Source: Octopus sinensis | Lineage: Eukaryota | Assembly (NCBI RefSeq): GCF_006345805.1 | Contig: NC_043002.1 | Coordinates: 3,348,001 to 3,412,000, forward strand | DNA length: 64,000 nucleotides | Direction: 5' to 3' | Shown here: piece after piece, positions 1 to 11,660 of the stretch | How positions within the stretch are numbered: position 1 is the stretch's first letter | Layout: every line of letters starts with the position of its first letter | The notes under the pieces: model-generated | Database searches by the model: none | What the model saw: the letters and a program-made list of their open reading frames with translations, nothing else | Told to the model about the DNA's origin: nothing | Program-made: the position numbers and the translations under genes

Positions 1-754
1 CAAACAATAATGGTTATTTTGATAAATTCTTCATTATTTTCAAAATTCATTTAAGCAAAGACAATATCTCTCCTGCTTGGCACCAAAATCTGTGGTAAGA
101 AGCACTTAGAAACGACAAGGAAAATAGAATTGTTTTTTCTTTCTGTGTATGATAATCCCTTTTGCCATTTGTGCATAGAACCATAGTTTTCCATGAGAAT
201 CTCTGACTTGACCCTTTACCATTCATGTTTATTCTGCCAAAAGCAATGCTTCTTTATTCACATTGTTTTGAATTAATCATGCTTTTATCTCATAGCTTTG
301 AGATTTAATAAAATAAATTATGAATCTTTAGAATATAGGGTTGGTGTGAGAGGCCAGATCTGGCCAGTTGGAACATAAAACGGGTGGAATATTTTGGCTG
401 GATTTGGCCGGATTAAATGCAAAAAGGTTAATCTCACCAGTGAAAGATTTTGGGATTTGGTTTCATAGTAAAGATTCCAGCTAAGCAAGAGCTTTGACTT
501 TTGTTCCTTGGTAAAATATGTTAACAATTCTCATAAATGATATATAAATTACAGTTTAATGAAAAGGTTATGAAATGCATAAGATTTAATCCTGTGCTTC
601 CTGCTAGCTAAATTTTACCAAAAGCTGTCAAACAAGGCACTTAAAAACTTGCTTCTTCATATCTCTTGAGTTTTACAACTGGACAGTTTTGTTAGTTAGA
701 GAATGACTATTTTTAAATCTCACAACGAGAGATATTCAGCAACAGTACTTTGGA

Positions 755-1032
755 GTAAAGATGGTTTGCCAACATAACATGGCAGTCCTGGTTTAGGACG
801 AATGCTGCTGTAATTTAGCCCCAGGAGACATCATCACCAGCTGGCTATACGACATGATCTGTGTCCTAATATTGTTTTGAGCTGAGTGGGGGTTCTAGAT
901 TCCCTTGTATGAAAATATAAGGACACAGATCATGTTGTATAGCCAGCTGGTGATGATGTCTCCTGCGGCTAAATTACAGCAGCATTCGTCCTAAACCAGG
1001 ACTTCCATGTTATGTTGGCAAACAGTCTTTGC
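755..1032. mobile_element. Foldback/palindromic MITE-like element
   Basis: Near-perfect inverted arms 755-873 and 914-1032 around a 40-nt spacer. Confidence 0.85.
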
Positions 1033-1959
1033 TACAGTTTCATTAGTGTTCTTTAAAAAGTTTAACAAGGGTTGCCAAATATGAATTCTCATTCTTTGTC
1101 CTGAGATCTTGTATTTCTACCGTTGGATTCTTGTACATTTTTTGAGTCACAAAAATCTGACAATTTAGAATGTGCTGAATTAATTAATCATCATCATCAT
1201 TATCATCATTTTAATATTCACTTTTCCATGCTTGCATGGGTCAGGTGGAATTTGCTGAGACAGATTTTCTATGGTCTGTGGCTTTTCCTGTGGCCAACCC
1301 CAACCTGTTTCCAAATAAGCCGGTGAGCTGGCAGAAATGTTAGCACGTGGGGCAAAATGCTTGGCAGTATTTCATCTGTCTTTACATTCTAACCCTAATT
1401 TAAATTCTGCTGTGGTCAACTTTACCTTTCATCCTTTCGAGGTCAATAAATTAAGTACCAGTTGCATACTGGGGTCGATCTAATCGACTGGCCTCTCTCC
1501 CCAAATTTTGGGCCTTGTACCTAAAGTAGAAAAGAAAAGATTTCCCCATGGAAGACTGGAAATGTGCAACATCACTTAAATGAGGGTGAAGCTCTTTTAG
1601 TCATCACCTGTATGTTTACAGATATACATCCATATATACATCCGTTATACAGGTATGTATAACTGTGTATGTATGGGAAAACAAATGTCTTTTCTCTTTT
1701 TTCCGATTATCCAACTTTCTCTTTTGATAAGTTGCATTCATTTTTAATTAACAATGGCTTATAATTATTGGTTATTTCTACTTCTCATTCCTTTTCTTTC
1801 AATAAAAAACAACCTTTGAACGTGAAAGCAGTGATTGGCCCAAGTCAGGGAACGCCACTACCAGACAGGACCCTATTTCTGTGATGTTAGAAACAGTTTA
1901 GAATCAGTTTTTCACTCATTTTCTTACTTTTTTACTCATCATTTGTTTGTTCTCTTCAG

Positions 1960-1974
1960 GTTCTAATTTTGACT
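1960..1974 (+). CDS. Candidate 15-nt microexon (xSNFD-Y if coding in phase 1; may be 5'UTR)
   Basis: Long pyrimidine tract ending tctcttcag|GTTCTAATTTTGACT|gtaagt; consensus donor; length divisible by 3; final T completes TAT with exon 10802. Confidence 0.6.
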
Positions 1975-4900
1975 GTAAGTATTTCATTAAATCTGCTTGA
2001 TTTTTGTTTGTATTTTTTCTTTCCTGGTAGTAATTTGTTCTCAAAGAAAATCAACTGAGTTTTTTTTTCTCCCCTTTCCCCCCCCCCCCTCTGTGTGTCT
2101 GTCTAAATTTTATCGTGACTCATTGTGACAGAATGTTGTTTTGATGCATGTCTGCATCCATACACATTGTACACCTCGTTTCATATCTTGCATCATTAAA
2201 AAACCAAAAAAAAAACCTCAATTAGGAAACAACACATTCATACTTCATCAAAAGATAGATTTTCTCTTAGAATTTTCTCAGATTTTGTCAGAATTGCATT
2301 TCTAGCATGATCCCCCCCCCCCTTTTTTTTTCTTCTTGAAGTGTCGTTGCTTGCTTTTCATGCAAGATTTTAGTAGACATAACTTTGTAGCTGAAAGTAA
2401 AAGTTTTCACTATTTAGTCTTTTGTTATGCATTCTATCTTCACTAAATCTATCATTGATATTTTTTGTTGTTGAATGATTTGAACTTATTGTAAAAGGAT
2501 GTGTTGTTGATGTTTTAAATTAATGCTAATTAAACATTTTGTTGTTTTTGATAACATTTTGTAAGCTGGAAATTATTTCCTTTTATTGAAATACTGAATT
2601 GAATTAGATGTGCCAGCAGTGTTTCTTTTCCATACTAAAATTTACTATGCAGTATACCCAAAGATTCATTAATCAATTTACTAGATACATGAAATAGATG
2701 TAAATGTCGGTCTTGCTTATACAACCTCACTATGTCACCTAAATGATTTCTGTGACAAAACTAAGGGCTGAAAACCTATCAAATCTGAAAATTAGTTGAT
2801 CTGATTTAGCAATAAATCCAGTTTCATGGCAGATTAACCAATTTCTGATGAAGCTGTAAGAATAATTGAAATAGTGTTGTCTAGTCAGTCCCTCTTTTAG
2901 TGTTCACAATATGATCATATAAACACGACATCTCTGTTATGTATCGAAGAAATTCCTTTAATCTTTGATTGATAAAATACTTTATGAATTAAGTACGGTG
3001 GTCGATGGATTCAGATAACACTTTCCCCTCAGAATTGCTGGCCTTGTACCTCCAGCATCATCACCAAAGTGGTGAACTGGTGGAGTCCTTAACCTGCCTC
3101 ACAAAATGCTTAACAACGTTTCTTTCAGTTTTTCATGTTCTGGATTCAAATGTTGCCAAGGTTCATTTTGTCTTTCATCTTTTCTGGGCTCGATGTAATT
3201 GATGTGACCCCTTTCACCAAAATCCAGGCTTGTGCCTAGAGAAAGAATTATTATTCTTGAGAGGGCCGCACATGCCATCAAAGTGATGATGGGGTACAAG
3301 TATATGAAGCCCTCTACACCCATCAGGATTGTCTGTCTGATAAGGGTACACCTGGCACATGCATTACAACCTGGGTGACCTCATATTGAGATAAACAGCA
3401 CATGACCTTACAGGTGGGGCCTAGTTAAAATTTTCTTGAGGTTGAGTAGTCCATTTGTCTCAAGAGGTCCCTGAATAAGGTTTTTTTAAAGGTGATGGAT
3501 AAAACACCCATGTTTCCAGAGGTGAATTATTCAAACACATAGCTACGGTGCTCCCCCATGATGAGAAATGCACATATCGTCAGCCACTAAGGGACATACC
3601 CAATTGGATAAGGTCAAACAAATCTGTGGTATTGAGCAGAATATTTGCCGTAACCCATCTTTTATACTAAGACAAAACAATGTACATGATAACACTTCCA
3701 ATCAGTTAAGATCAGAAGCCATGAGAGCCACTGTCTGGTACTGCATCAGGGCATCATCATCATCATCATTATCATTATTATTAGACAAATGTCTTCTACT
3801 ATAGCCTTGGGCCCAGCAAAGCCTTGTGAGTGGATTTGGTAGATGGAAACTGATAGAAACCTATCATACACACACATACACACACTGTATATACTTGTGT
3901 AAAAGTCAAACTTTTTAAGATCATTTTTTAAGGTCAAATTTATGGGGTCCTCCATTACAGATTGGAGCCAGGTGCAGCCTTCTGGCTTCCCAGCCCTCGG
4001 TCAAACCATCCAACCCATGCCAGCATGGAAAATGGATGTTAAACGATGATGATGTTGAAAGACAGTTGCATTTGGTTTTGTGGTGTTTCTCATTTAATGG
4101 TAAAAGTCTTCAATGCTCGTATTTCACATGCAGGGACTTTGTTTAGTCTTCATCATCCTTGTTTAACATCTGTTTTCCATGCTGGCATGGGTTGGATAGT
4201 CTGACTGAGGTCTGGAGAGCCAGCGGCTGCACCAGGCTCCAATCTGATCTGGCAAGGTTTCTACAGCTGGGTGCTTTTTATGTGCCACCAGCACAGGAAC
4301 CAGTCAGGCAGGCCTGGCATTGATCACGTTCAGATGGTGTTTTTTACGTGCCACCAGCACAGGAGCCAGTCAGAGGGTACTGAATGGTTAGTTGCCAAGT
4401 TGTTTTGTTGGTGCATGAGGAAACCTGGGAGAATTTTTGAAGTTTCAGAGCAAATGATGTTGGTTGGAAAGTGGAATGGCAGAATTATTGGAACATTGAA
4501 TAAAATGCCTTCATGTATTTGTTACAGCTCTTCACATCTCCACTGAGATTAACTTTGCCTTCAAACCTTTTGGTATCAATAAAGAGAAATACTAGTTAAG
4601 TACTATGGTCAATATAATCAGAGAACACTCTTCCTCCAAATTTCGGCCCTTGTGCCTGCATTAGAAACAATTTTATGATCTTATTGCTTGGCCAGAATTT
4701 ATTTGTGACAATCTAATAATCTATGAACTAATAAACATAGAACAAACATCAAATATTGTCACTGATTGAATGAATTTTGTGCCAGAAGGGATGTTTCTCT
4801 TCTTAATGTTGGTGACATCTTCTCCTTATTTAAGTTCTTTATTCATATCAGTTCTCTTTTTGCTTTATTCCGACCCTGGCCATAAAATAAATCGGTTAAT

Positions 4901-5644
4901 GTTCCATCCTAATGAACCTCATGTCACTAATTTACATAAATTAATAGAATGTATATAAAGTATTTACATGCACACACACATACAAAGGCTTTTTTCAGTT
5001 TCCATCTACCAAATTCACACAAGGCTTTGGTTGATTCAGGCCTATAGAAGACACTTGCCCAAGGTGCCATGCAGTGGGACTGAACCCCAGAAACTGTGTA
5101 GTTTGGAGCACCTAAAGTTGATTTTAACTTACCTTAATCACATAGCCTTGCCTGCACCCCCCCCCCACAGAGAGAGAGATAGTCATCATTTAACATCTGC
5201 CTTCCATGCTAGCATGGGTTGGACAATTTGCCGGGAGCCTGCACAAGATTTCTGTGTCTGTTTTGGCAGGATTTTTCCAGTTGGATGCCTTTCCAAATGC
5301 CTGGAAGTGGCATCAGAACTGGCAAGGTCAGCAAGTAACTTGCAAGACAAAGATCCTATGATGGGGGAGGGGAGGCTTTGGAGGAGGTACAAGATTACCT
5401 GGCTGGGGAGAGAGAGAGAGAGAGAGATCAGGAATGAGGACAGAAACAAGTGTGCTGCCATAAAGGAGAGACACGGTTACCCAACTTGAAGAGAAGGAGA
5501 GAGAGAGTGGGAGACAGCAAGAGTGCAGGAGAGAGATGGTGGCATACCCTTGAGGTATGGAGGTCATAAGTGGCAGGGCGTTGCCAAAGAAGTGTGAGTA
5601 GTGAGTTGTGATAAGCTGGATATATAGAGTGGGGGCTACTGGAC

Positions 5645-5966
5645 AGCAATGATACAATGAGCAGTGCCCTGGAGACAGAATTGGGGAGTGAGGGGTAGGT
5701 AAAGTGCATGAAAGAGGAGATGTGAGGAAGAGATGGAGAGATGTAGTTTGGTTTGTTGGGGTAGGGTGTATGAAACGTTCTCTTGTTACATGTGGGTGGA
5801 ACACACAGCACTTCTAGAACTCAGTAACAAGAGAACTTTTCACATACCCTACTCCGACAAACCAAACTACATCTCTCCATCTCTTCCTCACATCTCCTCT
5901 TTCATGCACTTTACCTACCCCTCACTCCCCAATCCTATCCCCACAGCCCTGTCCACTGTATCATTG

Positions 5967-5968
<2 letters not shown>
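5645..5968. repeat. Inverted duplication, arms about 145 bp
   Basis: 5645-5789 is the reverse complement of 5824-5968; the ORF track shows the same peptide (NKPNYISPSLPHISSFMHFTYPSLPN) on both strands. Confidence 0.9.
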
Positions 5969-5989
<21 letters not shown>

Positions 5990-6001
<12 letters not shown>

Positions 6002-6307
6002 GAAGAGGAAAATGGAGATTGTGAAGTTAATGATAGTTTATTCTCAACAACAAATCGATCATTATCCCTTACAGCGGTCTCAATTACACACAATGAATTA
6101 ATTAATTATTAAGTTCATATTTCTGAGCATAATCTCTTCAGAGGGAAAAAATATACCCTTAGATGTTTTGTATGTTTGTTTATAGGTTCATCACAGCAGA
6201 CTGAATGTGTGTAATTGAAACAGCTGTAAGGGATAATGATGGATTTGTGGTGGAAAATAAACTCTCATGACCTCCACAATCTCTATTTTCTTCTTTTTCC
6301 TTTATAT
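5990..6307. mobile_element. (TA)n-flanked inverted-arm fragment, probably Penelope-like terminal repeat
   Basis: Arms about 5990-6092 and 6206-6307 are reverse complements and contain the hammerhead motif. Confidence 0.55.
6066..6145 (-). ncRNA. Degenerate hammerhead motif with long stem II
   Basis: CCCU-CUGAAGA-GAUUAUGC...GUGUAAUU-GAGA-CCGCUG-UA-AGGG; the inverted partial copy at 6206-6232 keeps the intact GAAACAGCUGUAAGGG. Confidence 0.55.
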
Positions 6308-6729
6308 GAATATAAACTACAGTTTATATACAAACCTACTATTTTAAGGAAATCAATTCCCCTTCAAAATATTAGGTATTGAACCAGTATTTCGTTGGAT
6401 GGAACCATGCCTTCATGAGGCTAACATAACCTCTAACGGAATTATATATATATATATAAATAAATATAAAATGAAGAGTGACAGGAGCTGTATTAATAAC
6501 AAAAATTTATCCCCACTTAAAAGTAGATGTTGTGTTAGAACACAGAATACTACGATAGTTATCATGAGAGAACCTTTCATGTGGACTTGTGGTGCATATA
6601 AGCACTCACTAGTGGATGCGTGGATGCTGCACAAGTCCATATGAGAGATCCTTCTCAAGGTAAATAAGTTTTGTGTGTTAACAACACTACATTTACTTTT
6701 AAGTGAGGGTAAGTATTATTATTATTATT

Positions 6730-6773
<44 letters not shown>

Positions 6774-6962
6774 GAATGAATGAAATATTCATCATCTGAA
6801 ATTAACAGCTTTCTGGTCAAGTGAAGTTGACAATAAATATTTTCGGTTGATTTGAGAAGTAAAGCTTTCATCTTTTGTTCTTTCTTCTTCTGTTTTGGTG
6901 ACTCAACAACATACCATTCTTTTTAGAAAAGTAATGTGAAGTCAGGACATCAAACATTTGGT

Positions 6963-6964
<2 letters not shown>

Positions 6965-7008
<44 letters not shown>
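6965..7008 (+). repeat. (CA)n microsatellite 130 nt upstream of the start-codon exon
   Basis: Directly visible. Confidence 0.95.
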
Positions 7009-7012
<4 letters not shown>

Positions 7013-7138
7013 GTTTTTAGATATGAATGTCTTGTGGCTGGTGTGATACAGTTAATGCAGACACTTTGGGTTCAGAATGAGTCATCTTTAAACACAATTC
7101 ACCTCATTTCGTTATGTTTTGTCTGCATTTGCTTTTAG

Positions 7139-7210
7139 ACAGCAAGATACTGATGTGGCTGAAACCAGTTTTTACTAAGTAGGGTATTAGGATGGCAAGC
7201 GAAATCATCT
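7139..7210 (+). CDS. Start-codon exon: 5'UTR plus MASEII(Y), ATG at 7192
   Basis: Acceptor gtctgcatttgcttttag; aggATGG Kozak-like context; in-frame TAG upstream at 7180-7182; donor T|gtaagt in phase 1 matches exon 10802. Confidence 0.7.
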
Positions 7211-8426
7211 GTAAGTGCCTCAATAGATTCGGGGATAGAATTTGAACATATTTTGTTTTCTGTGAAGCTGATGTATTTGGGCAGCACTGTCATTTAGTAA
7301 TTCTGTTAATTCTCACTGTATGTTGAGTTTGCAGTCAACCACTTGTACTTCAAAGTGGTTGCTATAATCAAAATGCAATAGACAATGCAAGAATTGTGTG
7401 TGTGCGCATGTCTCAATTATATCTCTCATAATATAGTTAGAAACAGAATGACACTAGCTGTATGATTTAGCCCTGAAGAAACTTAGAACACAGCTCACTC
7501 AGAATGGTGTCAGTGGACCATCAGACACTGCTGTTTCAACTTAATTTCATCCCCTCAGTGATAGACATCTCACCGTAGTCATTCTGAGTCGTCATAACTT
7601 TCATTCCAATATGGAAATGCAATATCATAGAATCTCTGTACCATGTTGTTAAGCAATGATTGTAAATAGTCACAGTACTTAATTATATTCTCATCAATCA
7701 ATTCACTTTTCAAACTCTCCAGTTGTTGAAATTAGTAGAGTTGATGCCGGGAAAGCTTTGTCTTGTATGGTCCCAACTTGAAAATAAAATCAATCAAAAA
7801 AGCATTTTTTTTTTGTTTTCCTTGTACCAACAACATGAAGGTCATTAAGTTTGAATATGTCACTGAGAGAAAAAAAAAAAACACCAAAGAAGCAGATTGT
7901 GGAGAGTTTTGAAAAACGTCTATGACTGTATTTAACAGCTTGACAACAATGAAAAACACGGTTGCAATTTGAGAACCATCATACTTTATAGTTTGGTAAA
8001 AGAAAGTCTCAGTCATTATCATTGTGAAGACACATCATCATTTTGCATTCACTTTCTATGCTGGAATCGGCCACACTGACAGGATGTATCATGCTCCAGT
8101 ATCTCTGATTTGGAATGGTTTCTATGGCCCTTCCTAATATGCCAACCACTTCATTGAGTGGACTGAGTGAATTTCTTTTGGCCTCCAACAGTAGAGATAC
8201 TGTTTTGTTCCCTGCGAGACTAAAGAACCCTTTCAACCCTGCATTCTCTCTACTTGGTTCACAGAGCATATGGGTGGAGTGGGGGTTGGGACGAGGTTGC
8301 TTTATAACTGGCAAGACTAAAGAGTCCATGCAACTAAAGGAGAATAAGGGGAGAGAGAGAGAGATGACTTTGGGTGAGGTGATGAGAGAAGGTAAAATAT
8401 GAAAAGAAGATAGTTTTGAGAGGGTG

Positions 8427-8459
<33 letters not shown>

Positions 8460-8814
8460 ACAGAATAGATACTGTTGGTATGGAGCAAAGGATTTTGGAA
8501 TGGACAGGGGGAAGAGTAGTATCAGGGGTTAGTGAGAGAGGGGGGCATAGTAATGGTAGGTTGAGTAGGGATCCAGTGCTAACCCACATTTTGTTTGTGA
8601 ATAAGAACAGAAGGCATGAGGAAAGGTGCAGGAAAGGAGATGTGGGGCTGTGGGCAGAGGGTCATTGAAGTGAGGTGTGGAGGGTCATGGAGGTGGATCA
8701 GAGAAGGGAAAGATGAAAACTTGTGGGGAGTGGGCTTTGAGAGAAAGAGAGGCAAGGTGTTGGGGAGCTGTGAGAGCATCCCAGCCACCAACATACACTT
8801 CCCTCTTTAGCATT

Positions 8815-9380
8815 CTCTCTTTAGCCATCCTTGTTTGAGAGAATTGAGTCTTCTCCAGCCCAACATGTCACCAGTTGCTGTGATCCCTTCTCATCTCTTT
8901 TGTAAGGTTCAGCATCTTGAGATTATCTTTTTTGTCTGGAATTTCTTCTTTAAACCTTTCACAGATTCTGCTATAAGAACAAAGTCATCAGTATGCAAAC
9001 ATTTCCACAGCCAGCCAGTCTTAAACTCCTCTGTTATGGCTGGGAAACCCTGAACACTGAGTTCTAATGAGACCCCTTACCTGTATGTCCATTTTGTTAC
9101 TGGACTCATTGTTAATGCTCACCTTGCTGTACATATCTTGGATGATCCTTGCAGCCTTTCATTGACCCTTAGCTTCCTTACTGACTACCAAATGATAAAG
9201 TGAGGTACCCCGTTGAAAGCCATCTCCAAGTCTAAGAATGCAAGGTATAGAGGCTTACACCTAGCCAGGTATTTCTTTTGCAGTTGTCTCATTAGGAAAA
9301 TGGCATCAGTTGTGTCTCTTCTTGATACAAAAACTGCATCTCATCTTTGCCATTCCTTTTCCTAATCAATTGCAATCCTT
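8815..9380 (-). mobile_element. Decayed RTE-clade LINE reverse transcriptase fragment
   Basis: Minus strand gives TTDAIFLMRQLQKKYLARCKPLYLAFLDLEMAFNGVP and ITEEFKTGWLWKCLHTDDFVLIAES (YADD region), with stops and frameshifts. Confidence 0.85.
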
Positions 9381-10801
9381 TTTTCTGTAGCAGTAAACTA
9401 AGACAAAAAATGGAATTTGTTTACCATTTTCATAACTTCAGAGCATCGTTGAACCAGCTGTTTATTGTTTTAGTCATTAAACATTGTTGGTGAGCCACAA
9501 AGAGAATTACTAAAACAGGGTGTGAAATTTCAAGTTTTAGAAGGAGAAATCTGTCTCTACCAACCATTATAGGGATTCCATCAGATGGTGTGTTGGTAAC
9601 AATATTGATAAATGGGATGTTCATGAAAAAATAGGGTCTAAAATAATTTAAAAATTGTCAGACCTTTTGAGTTGAGCAACAACTGATCAGTGACCATTTT
9701 TTCAGAAGGTTGAAGATTTTCATTGAAGAACCAAACATATTCTATCAGAAAACCTTGTCCAAAATTTCAAAACGCTTACCATTTTCTCCTCTTTGGCTCA
9801 CAGCCCACTCAAGAGTTGAAATCACCTACAAAGGATGTCAACTAGGTTGAAAAACTCTAAAACAAGTTAATATTCCTTGCTTCATCTCAGGTAGCTGATA
9901 CCAAGTGACTTAATATTTATTTGTAAGCCTATATTTCTTAATATATTCTCATCAAATAACCAAAGAATCTTCTTGGTGTTTACAGTTGTCAAAGAGATTT
10001 CCTCTCTTCCATGGCACTGTCACATACTTGGTTTCTGCATCACAGAGTTTTTATTTTTGTATTTTAAGAGCTTCTTTATGAAGCAGCAATATTTTTTTTT
10101 CTCAATTCCCACTGGCTAATTGGAACTTTTGACACTGTTAGTACTAATTAGTGTAACATACAAAATTAATTTCATCTCCTGCACTAATTAAATCCTGACG
10201 GCAAAAAGTCTTTTTTAGGTAATAGAATTTAATGGACCCCAGGCAGCTACTGTCATTTGAACTGATGTAAAGCTTTCCGTCAGTCATGAACCTCTGTTAG
10301 TTGTACTCAGCAGGATATAATTGGTGTTCAAATATCATTCAAAGTTCCCCTTTGGTTGGGGAAACTGGCTTTCATTGATGGCATTCCCTGCATTGATGTA
10401 TATTTATCCTTTTCCTAGATTTAAAAATGATTCATTTTGTTTCCAAATGGTGTCACAACTGCCATTGACTGACATTTTGTTTTCTTGTTTTAATGTTTAA
10501 CCGTTTTTTGTTTGGCTGAAAGAAATCGACTGGAATAATTATGGATTAACGATAATGAATTTACTAAGTATTTTTGTTTTGAGTAAATATTTATTCAAAT
10601 TTCACAGACTTCCTTTAAATGTTCTGAATTAATCATTATCTGTATTGTTTCTTTAAAAAGAAGAAAAAAAAGATTTCTTGTTATCAGTATGGACTTATTT
10701 GAGCCACATTTTTAAATTTTAATTCTTGATTGTTCTATCCTGACTGTTAGAATTCAAGAAATTTAAAAAGTGTTTTTTCTTTTTTTTCCTTTTCCTTTTA
10801 G

Positions 10802-10945
10802 ATATTGTTATGACTCCAACCAAGAAAGGAGAAGCCACTCATATCAAAATCGAGAGGAAGAAACGGTTAACATTTGAAGACCAAAAAGTTGCTCACATTG
10901 GTGGTGGGGAGCACAAAGGCCTTGTTATTAACAATCAAACTGCTG
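10802..10945 (+). CDS. Coding exon, 144 nt, phase 1-1: (Y)IVMTPTKKGEATHIKIERKKRLTFEDQKVAHIGGGEHKGLVINNQTA
   Basis: Strong polypyrimidine tract plus AG at 10800-10801; donor G|gtgagt at 10946; open frame with protein-like composition. Confidence 0.92.
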
Positions 10946-11106
10946 GTGAGTTCTTTTATTTTATTAATTTTGACTTCAGCACCAGAAAATGGTTTTACTG
11001 TCTTTCTTGGTGGACGTAAGCATTTTAAGAAAACTAGAAAACTACATAAAATACCAAATAATGGAATTCAGTAAAATTTACGAAAACTAAATGCAATTCA
11101 TGTAAT

Positions 11107-11660
11107 TCATCATCATCATCATTTAGCATCCGTTGTCCATGCTGGCATGGGTTGGACGGTTTGACTGGGCTGGCAAGCCGCAAAGCTTCACCAGACTCCG
11201 GTCTGATTTGGCATGATTTTCTATGGCTTGATGCCCTTCCTAATGCTAACCACTTTACAGAGTGTAATGGGTGCTTTTATGTTCCACTGGCATGGGTGCC
11301 ATTTGCATGACACCGGGATGCATTCACATGCCAATTTGTGTGACACCAGTATCTGCCATGACTGCAATTTTTGCCAAAGGTCTTGGCTATTGTCACCATG
11401 AGGCCTGTTACTTGAAAGGAACTCAGCCACTTTGTCTCTGTGAGGCCCAGTGCTTGAAAGAAACTCAACTGCTTTGCCTCCGTGAGGCCCGACATTCGAA
11501 AGGAACTCGACCACTTTGCCTCTGTGAGGCCCGACACTCAAAAGGAACTCGGCCACCTTGCCTCCGTGAGGCCCAGTGCTTGAAAGGAACTCAACTGCTT
11601 TGCCTTCATGAGGCCTGACATTCGAAAGGAACTCGACCACTTTGCCTCCGTGAGGCCCAG
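11107..11660 (-). mobile_element. GAT-tailed SINE with 42-bp tandem array (11398-11660)
   Basis: (cat)n tail and family core; unit gtgaggcccagtgcttgaaaggaactcaactgctttgcctcc repeated about 6 times. Confidence 0.8.
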
